Positions 56,822-64,000 of a stretch of 64,000 nt of DNA are shown here, piece after piece. Position 1 is the stretch's first letter. The number at the start of each line of letters is the position of its first letter. The DNA comes from Candidatus Cloacimonadales bacterium (GTDB lineage Bacteria; Cloacimonadota; Cloacimonadia; Cloacimonadales; JAIOQZ01): the NCBI GenBank assembly GCA_963674825.1, contig OY771587.1:1728001-1792000 (forward strand), written 5' to 3'. A program made the translations under genes and the position numbers. The notes below the pieces were generated by a model. That model did not search any database, was not told where the DNA came from, and worked only from the letters and a program-made list of their open reading frames with translations.

Positions 56822-58189
56822 ATGAAGAAGGTGCTTGGATTTCTGTTTCTTCTGGCAATTTTACACATCGAATCGATTTCACTTCCCATTCAGCCGGATG
56901 GTACACTTCCAGCCGATATGGTACATCCGCAGATAATTGATCGGACAGAAAAGCTGGGCATTGTATTTCAGAACTGTACCACACCATCGATGATCGGCTA
57001 CAACCTCGATCCAACAATCCGGTACGAATCGGAGGTATGGGATTCATGCGGCAGATTCACACGATGCACTCTTATGTCCACCATAGATAAATCCACCGTT
57101 TCCTGGTACTTTCTTGATGGAAAATGGGTCAGTCCACTGGTTGCGAAGACGGATACTTGGAGCAAGATGGACAGTCGCTATTTCAGGTTTATTTGCAATC
57201 GGCCGGGTGAAATGTCAGAGAAGGGCATGGCTTCACTGGATGGTTTCATCGAACGGACGGCAGAACACCTCGGGATAACAGCAGATGAGCTTGCAACCCT
57301 TGAGCACGAGAAGATCCTCTACTATCTTTGCGATTCGGTGGAATCCGTGCAAGATCTGACTGGCAACAGTACGCGTGGTGTTTACATTCTCGCCGAGAGC
57401 GCGATTGTGAGCTACTTGCCCTGTCATTATCACGAGGTTAGCCACCTGCTGGTGAATTTCAAGCTGAAATCGGTACCAATTTACACGAATCCATTCCTGC
57501 AGGAAGGAATCGCGACCTGCCTCGGTGGGAGAGCCGGAAAGACTTCAGACGTGATCCTCTCCATGGGGGCATTCTTGGTCAATGAAGGAATGATCGACCT
57601 GAATACGGTTTCCGACGGTTCGCTGTTCTACTCGATCGACGCCTCGTTGACCTACCCGGCTTCAGCACTATACCATTCTCAATATCTACTCGACCACACA
57701 ATACAGGAATACCTCGATCTCTATCGCCTATACAGTGGTAACGATCCGGTAACGCGCCTGTCGAAGGTGCCGGTAACGCTTTTCGCTTCGCCCGATAAAA
57801 ACTTGCTGAATGAGACGATCATCTTCCCTGAAGCTGACGGAATCACACCACTGGCTTCGGATGAAAAGTACAAGATCGAATCGGATACTATTATCTGCAA
57901 GCCGGGCTGGCTGTTGATATCGTCCGGTCAGTGGGAAGCGCCTGAAGAATCACGGTTGTTCGAGGAGTATTTTCCCGAAAGGCAGTATATGGGCGAGGAA
58001 TTTGCGGTAAAAGTCTCCCCAGAAGAAGTGATGGTCTATGATTTCTATACCGGCACGATCATCGCTGCGTATATTGCCAGCCTGGACCCAATGCAAAGAG
58101 TGATTCCTGATATCGACGGAGCGTATGCGTTCAGTTTTTCGTCAGGTATAATGCCCGATACGCTTGCTTCTGTGCAGTGGAGTGAGTAA
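56822..58189 (+). CDS. Secreted hypothetical protein with a gluzincin-like HExxH...E motif
   Basis: Signal peptide; 'HEVSH' followed after 19 residues by E in 'FLQEGIA'. Confidence 0.7.
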   Translation: MKKVLGFLFLLAILHIESISLPIQPDGTLPADMVHPQIIDRTEKLGIVFQNCTTPSMIGYNLDPTIRYESEVWDSCGRFTRCTLMSTIDKSTVSWYFLDGKWVSPLVAKTDTWSKMDSRYFRFICNRPGEMSEKGMASLDGFIERTAEHLGITADELATLEHEKILYYLCDSVESVQDLTGNSTRGVYILAESAIVSYLPCHYHEVSHLLVNFKLKSVPIYTNPFLQEGIATCLGGRAGKTSDVILSMGAFLVNEGMIDLNTVSDGSLFYSIDASLTYPASALYHSQYLLDHTIQEYLDLYRLYSGNDPVTRLSKVPVTLFASPDKNLLNETIIFPEADGITPLASDEKYKIESDTIICKPGWLLISSGQWEAPEESRLFEEYFPERQYMGEEFAVKVSPEEVMVYDFYTGTIIAAYIASLDPMQRVIPDIDGAYAFSFSSGIMPDTLASVQWSE

Positions 58190-58191
58190 GG

Positions 58192-61100
58192 TTATGTCTT
58201 CGGTTTCTGTTCCAGTGTTTCTTTGACGCGAGTAGCGAGTGCGTGCAGAGAGAACGGTTTCTGGAGGAAATTGATGTTGTCTTCCAGGATTCCCTGCTTA
58301 TTAATCACATTTGCAGTATAACCGGACATGAAGAGGTATTTCATATTGTGGTTACGGGCTGCCAGATGCTTTGCCAGATCATTTCCATTCATTTCCGGCA
58401 TGATGACATCGGTAACCAGCAGGTCGATCTCGTAATGATATCGGTCCGCAATTTGGATCGCTTCTTTCGGGTCCTGAGCGGTAATGACGTTGTATCCCAG
58501 TCGCTCGAGCATGATGCGTCCCATCCTCAAGATGGCAGGTTCGTCATCGACCATCAGGATTCTCTCCGATTTTCCTGCGGGTAGATCCCTGCCGATCCCA
58601 ATTTGATCTTCCGACAGCTTTTCAATTTGAGCCGGGAAGTAGATATGGAATGAAGTACCGTGCCCTATCTCGCTATATACAGCAATATGACCGTGATTTT
58701 GCATCACAATACCGTAAACGGTAGCAAGACCAAGGCCTGTTCCTTCACCAACGTCCTTGGTCGTGAAGAAAGGCTCGAAAATCTGCTGAACGGTTGTTTC
58801 ATCCATTCCATGGCCCGAATCGGTTATGGTGAGCATTACATACTGACCAGGCTTGCATCCGGTTGCCCTTTCACAATAAACCTCATCGAGCTCTATATTG
58901 GCTGTTTCAATAGTAATGCTGCCAATGTCGTCGATTGCATCACGAGCGTTTACGGCCAGGTTGGCCAGAATTTGCGCGAGTTGTGCGGGGTCGATTCGGA
59001 TCGTCGAAACGTCAGTACCGGGTAGCCAGAGCAGGTCAATACTTTCGCCGATCATGCGCCGCAGCATCTTGAGCATGCCATCAACGGTATGGTTGATATC
59101 AAGGATTTTCGGAGAAGCTGTTTGTTTACGGGCAAATGCGAGTAATTGACGGGTAAGATCTGCTGAATGCTGCGCTGCATGCTGGATTTCGCGGACGCTA
59201 TCGGCCAGTTCCCTGTTTTCCTTCGTTTCGTCGAGAATGAGCTCGGAATGACCGAGAATTACAAGCAGCATGTTGTTGAAATCGTGCGCAATACCCCCTG
59301 CAAGCCGCCCAACGCTTTCCATTTTCTGTGATTGCATGAACTGTCGTTCGAGTTCGAGCTCGCGGGTAATGTCGCGCTTCACGGCAACGAAGTTAGTTAT
59401 CTTCCCGGTTTTGTCCCGAACCGGTGAAATCGTGGCTTCCTCAGTATAGAGTGAGCCATCTTTCTTCTTGTTGATGAATCTGCCCTTCCAGATAGCCCCA
59501 CTGGCGATTGTATGCCATAGGTTATCATAGAATTCTTTATCATGCTCACCGCTCTTCAGCACGTTCGGGTTTTTTCCGATTGCTTCTTCGCGAGAATAGC
59601 CGGTTACCTCCTCAAAGGCTGGATTGACATACCCAATAATGCCGTACTGGTCTGTAATTACGACCGTTTCGCCAGCCTGCTCGATAGCTGCTATCAGCCT
59701 TTCGCGCTCAGCTTCGGCTTTTTTTGCTTCAGTCACATCACGAGCAATTCCTACATAACTGATCGGCTTACCGTTTTTATCCCTGATACGGGCTGCCGTG
59801 GATACATTCCACCGATATGTGCCATCCTTGTGTAGCACGCGGTATTCGACACTTTCCATTTGATCATCGGTCATCACTGCTTTTTTCAATAAGTCAAGGC
59901 AGATAGGAACATCATCCGGGTGAACATAGGGTACAAACGGTTTCCCGATTGCCTCTTCAGCCGGTTCACCAATAAACTGCTTCCAATTCGGAGAGATGTA
60001 GGTGAAGATACCGTTTTCATCCAGTGCGTACACGATATCATTGGCGTTTTCCACAAACGAACGAAAACGCTCTTCGCTTTTGCGGAGCTCTTCTTCGGCA
60101 AGCTTTCCTTCCGTGATATCAGTGGTGAGAATAACAACCCTCTCAACTTCACCCCGGTCGTTTTTTATACCGCTGAAATGCTGACTGAGAAAGCGCTTTT
60201 TACCTGAGAGGGATCTTTTCCCGGTTGTTTGAATTTCCGGTACATAGTAGGTACCGCCTTCACTATACACACGACGAACATTCTGCTGGTGTTCGGATAG
60301 ATACTCATCGCGATCACCGAACATCAGGTGGTCACGTGGTTTCAAATCTTCCTGCAAACGTTCGGGAGTCATTTCCCAGATATCCAACCAGGCCTGATTG
60401 TAAAAAATAAGTTGTCCTGTCGTGCTGCGAACGGAAATCCCAATCGGAGAGTGCTCGATAACTGTTTGTGCAAGCACTTCGCTTTGACGGACTGCTCTCT
60501 CGGCTTTTTTCCGTTCTGATAGATCCCGGCAGAAAGTAATGAATTGTCCCCCCTGTTCATTCATGAAAGAGATCGAGAGTTCAACAGGGACGATACTTCC
60601 ATCTTTTCTTTTATGGATCGATTCGAAGATTTCAGAACCGTTTCGGATAATACGCCGGGCTCTTTCCATTATCATATCATAATCGTCTCCGACTTCAATA
60701 TCTTCCAGCCTCATGGTGAGGATTTCCTCTCGACGGTAGCCTGTCATTTCACAATAGGCGTCGTTTACTTCGATCAGACGTCCTTGAAGGTCAGATATTA
60801 AAAAGCCATCAACGGTAGTATGAATGATGCTATTAAGGTACTCCTCACGTCGGCGTAGCGCTTGCTCCATTTCCTTTCGTTCGGTGATATCATAATTGAT
60901 ACCGGTCATACGGTATGCTTCGCCGTCTTTTCCACGTAACGCAATGCCAATCCCTTTCAGGTAACGAATTGCTCCAATGGATGTAATAATGCGGAACTCG
61001 ATATCAAGCGGCATCTCTTTAAGCTTGGCTTCTTCGATTCGTGCCATCACTGCCTCAATATCGCCAGGATGAACATGGCGATGCCAAGCTTCAAAAGTGC

Positions 61101-62439
61101 TTTCGAATTGGTCAGGGGGCATGTCGTACAGCTCGTACATTCGTTTATCCCAAACCAGGTTGTTTTGTTTGACGTCTAGGTCCCATACACCGATGTTTGC
61201 AGCAGTCGCAGCAAGCTCGAAGCGCTCATTTAATCGTGCAATTGTCTCAGCATTTTTTTCTTTCTCCGTGATATCTTCTATTATGGACGCAAATTGACCG
61301 GGTGCTGGTCTGAATACACTTATCTGGAAATACTTATCTTTCTCGTGATGATACTCAATAAACTGTCTGGATATACCGGTTATTGCAATCTCGGCATATT
61401 TCTCAATAAATTTCGGATCGATTGTAGGGAAAATATCGGTTACGTTCTTTCCGATAATGTCATTCACCATTATACCGGTAATCTTCTCAAAAGCGGGATT
61501 GGCAGCAAGAAACCTGTAATCAACGGGTTTTCCACTTTCATCGATGATGATTTCCTGAAGAATGAATCCATTGAGCATCTGATTGAACAATGTTGTGTAT
61601 TTTTCTTCCGCCTTGTGGCGATCGGTAGTATCTGTTGTGAAGCCCATGAAGCGATTTTCGTTCAGCCGTACTGTTGCAATGCGCCACCATCTGATTTCGC
61701 CGTCTTTCCGCTTATATTGCATTTCTTCAACAGCATAACCTTCTTTGACGACATGCTTAAAATGATCGAATGGATTTTTATCTGCTCCCTTGTGGACAAA
61801 CAATCTTAGACTCACACCAATCAGCTCGTCTTCTTGATAACCCGTCATCATGCATGCTGCTGTATTGACTTTGACGAGATTTCCCTGCTCATCTACAATC
61901 AAAACCCCATGAGGGGCGTTGTCGAAGTAGCTCCGGAGTGTTTCTTCCCGCTCTTTCAACGCAAACTCGCTGTGCTTGCGTTCTGTAATATCCCGAACAA
62001 TTGCCCATAAGAAATCAGGATTGCCCTTGATGTCATAGCCGACGTATGATTGCATTTCCACTGGTACGAGATAGCCTTTTTTGTGAATATATTCTTTCTC
62101 GTAAAGGTCGGAGTAGCCAACCTTGGCGAGACGATTCGCCCCAATTTCCTCAATTTCCCATTTGCGCCATTTCTCGACAGTCAACACGCTTGTTTCCCCG
62201 ATTTGCTTCAGCTCAGCAATGGTATAGCCAAGCATATCGCAAAACGCCTGATTGGCGTCAATAATTCGCCGATTCATATCGATCACAACGATTCCGTCGC
62301 GACTGCGGTCGAAAAACTCACGCATCTGGGGAGCCATCACAGCAGATGTTTTGGTCTTCAGCTCTTGCTTGAGTTGCTCAATCTGCTCTTCGAGCTCGCG
62401 ACAGCGATTTTCGAGATTGGTTTTATCATTGTGTTTCAT
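58192..62439 (-). CDS. Cytoplasmic hybrid sensor kinase: 8 PAS domains, HisKA, HATPase and receiver
   Basis: Eight PAS/PAC units ending in 'D(I/T/L/V)(T/S)' motifs; H-box 'GIAHDFNN'; 'NL.VNARDA'; 'FEPFFTTK..G.GTGLGL'; REC 'VDDE', 'LLVTDVIMP.MNG', 'KPF'. No TM segment. Start uncertain (62439 or 62496). Confidence 0.93.
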   Translation of the reverse strand: MKHNDKTNLENRCRELEEQIEQLKQELKTKTSAVMAPQMREFFDRSRDGIVVIDMNRRIIDANQAFCDMLGYTIAELKQIGETSVLTVEKWRKWEIEEIGANRLAKVGYSDLYEKEYIHKKGYLVPVEMQSYVGYDIKGNPDFLWAIVRDITERKHSEFALKEREETLRSYFDNAPHGVLIVDEQGNLVKVNTAACMMTGYQEDELIGVSLRLFVHKGADKNPFDHFKHVVKEGYAVEEMQYKRKDGEIRWWRIATVRLNENRFMGFTTDTTDRHKAEEKYTTLFNQMLNGFILQEIIIDESGKPVDYRFLAANPAFEKITGIMVNDIIGKNVTDIFPTIDPKFIEKYAEIAITGISRQFIEYHHEKDKYFQISVFRPAPGQFASIIEDITEKEKNAETIARLNERFELAATAANIGVWDLDVKQNNLVWDKRMYELYDMPPDQFESTFEAWHRHVHPGDIEAVMARIEEAKLKEMPLDIEFRIITSIGAIRYLKGIGIALRGKDGEAYRMTGINYDITERKEMEQALRRREEYLNSIIHTTVDGFLISDLQGRLIEVNDAYCEMTGYRREEILTMRLEDIEVGDDYDMIMERARRIIRNGSEIFESIHKRKDGSIVPVELSISFMNEQGGQFITFCRDLSERKKAERAVRQSEVLAQTVIEHSPIGISVRSTTGQLIFYNQAWLDIWEMTPERLQEDLKPRDHLMFGDRDEYLSEHQQNVRRVYSEGGTYYVPEIQTTGKRSLSGKKRFLSQHFSGIKNDRGEVERVVILTTDITEGKLAEEELRKSEERFRSFVENANDIVYALDENGIFTYISPNWKQFIGEPAEEAIGKPFVPYVHPDDVPICLDLLKKAVMTDDQMESVEYRVLHKDGTYRWNVSTAARIRDKNGKPISYVGIARDVTEAKKAEAERERLIAAIEQAGETVVITDQYGIIGYVNPAFEEVTGYSREEAIGKNPNVLKSGEHDKEFYDNLWHTIASGAIWKGRFINKKKDGSLYTEEATISPVRDKTGKITNFVAVKRDITRELELERQFMQSQKMESVGRLAGGIAHDFNNMLLVILGHSELILDETKENRELADSVREIQHAAQHSADLTRQLLAFARKQTASPKILDINHTVDGMLKMLRRMIGESIDLLWLPGTDVSTIRIDPAQLAQILANLAVNARDAIDDIGSITIETANIELDEVYCERATGCKPGQYVMLTITDSGHGMDETTVQQIFEPFFTTKDVGEGTGLGLATVYGIVMQNHGHIAVYSEIGHGTSFHIYFPAQIEKLSEDQIGIGRDLPAGKSERILMVDDEPAILRMGRIMLERLGYNVITAQDPKEAIQIADRYHYEIDLLVTDVIMPEMNGNDLAKHLAARNHNMKYLFMSGYTANVINKQGILEDNINFLQKPFSLHALATRVKETLEQKPKT

Positions 62440-62602
62440 ATATTTGAATCCTTGGCGATATTCCACTAAATATATAATACTGGTCGAGTATAGCAATTGT
62501 CAATTTATTCATTGAAGCTCAGCAGGAGAAATCAATTCATGAAGAACTCCGTTTGCTGATACTGAAAAATTACATTGACGACTGAAGTTTAAGTAATTAT
62601 GA

Positions 62603-64000
<1,398 letters not shown>

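Overview
Chromosomal segment from a diderm bacterium (lolA, lpxK) that is probably anaerobic (flavodiiron protein, superoxide reductase, rubrerythrin). The many secreted proteins ending in a 'YPNPFNP...WDG.D..G...SG.Y..R...KM.LLK' FlgD-Ig/T9SS-type C-terminal domain suggest an FCB-group lineage such as Cloacimonadota (inference only). Contents in order: ftsK(partial)-lolA-manC; a CxxCxxCC protein; five CTD-bearing secreted proteins spread through the window, one split by a 1-nt frameshift; two orphan MacB/FtsX-type permeases; an isolated flhB-flhA pair; lytic transglycosylase, TPR protein and sulfotransferase; two GT4 glycosyltransferases; an aryl-polyene-like type II PKS module (ACP-KS-CLF-LolA-lipoprotein-MMPL); an Eis-like GNAT; mutM plus an oxygen-defence cluster (fprA-ftn-dfx-rbr-rub-ferritin-like); cobO; lpxK; a ~3,455-aa secreted C39-like peptidase/adhesin; a methyltransferase; an HExxH protein; an 8-PAS hybrid kinase; obgE; dprA(partial). 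Main signals not shown by the ORF track: (1) six parS-like palindromes, all inside coding sequences, implying an origin-proximal location; (2) three sigma-54 promoters, two of which share an identically spaced tandem upstream motif; (3) a promoter-leader-terminator unit just before a CTD gene (candidate attenuator or sRNA); (4) Arg-rich linkers punctuating the otherwise acidic giant protein, suggesting a proteolytically processed polyprotein. No rRNA, tRNA, CRISPR array, transposase or phage gene was recognised. All calls are by-eye motif recognition; no searches were run.
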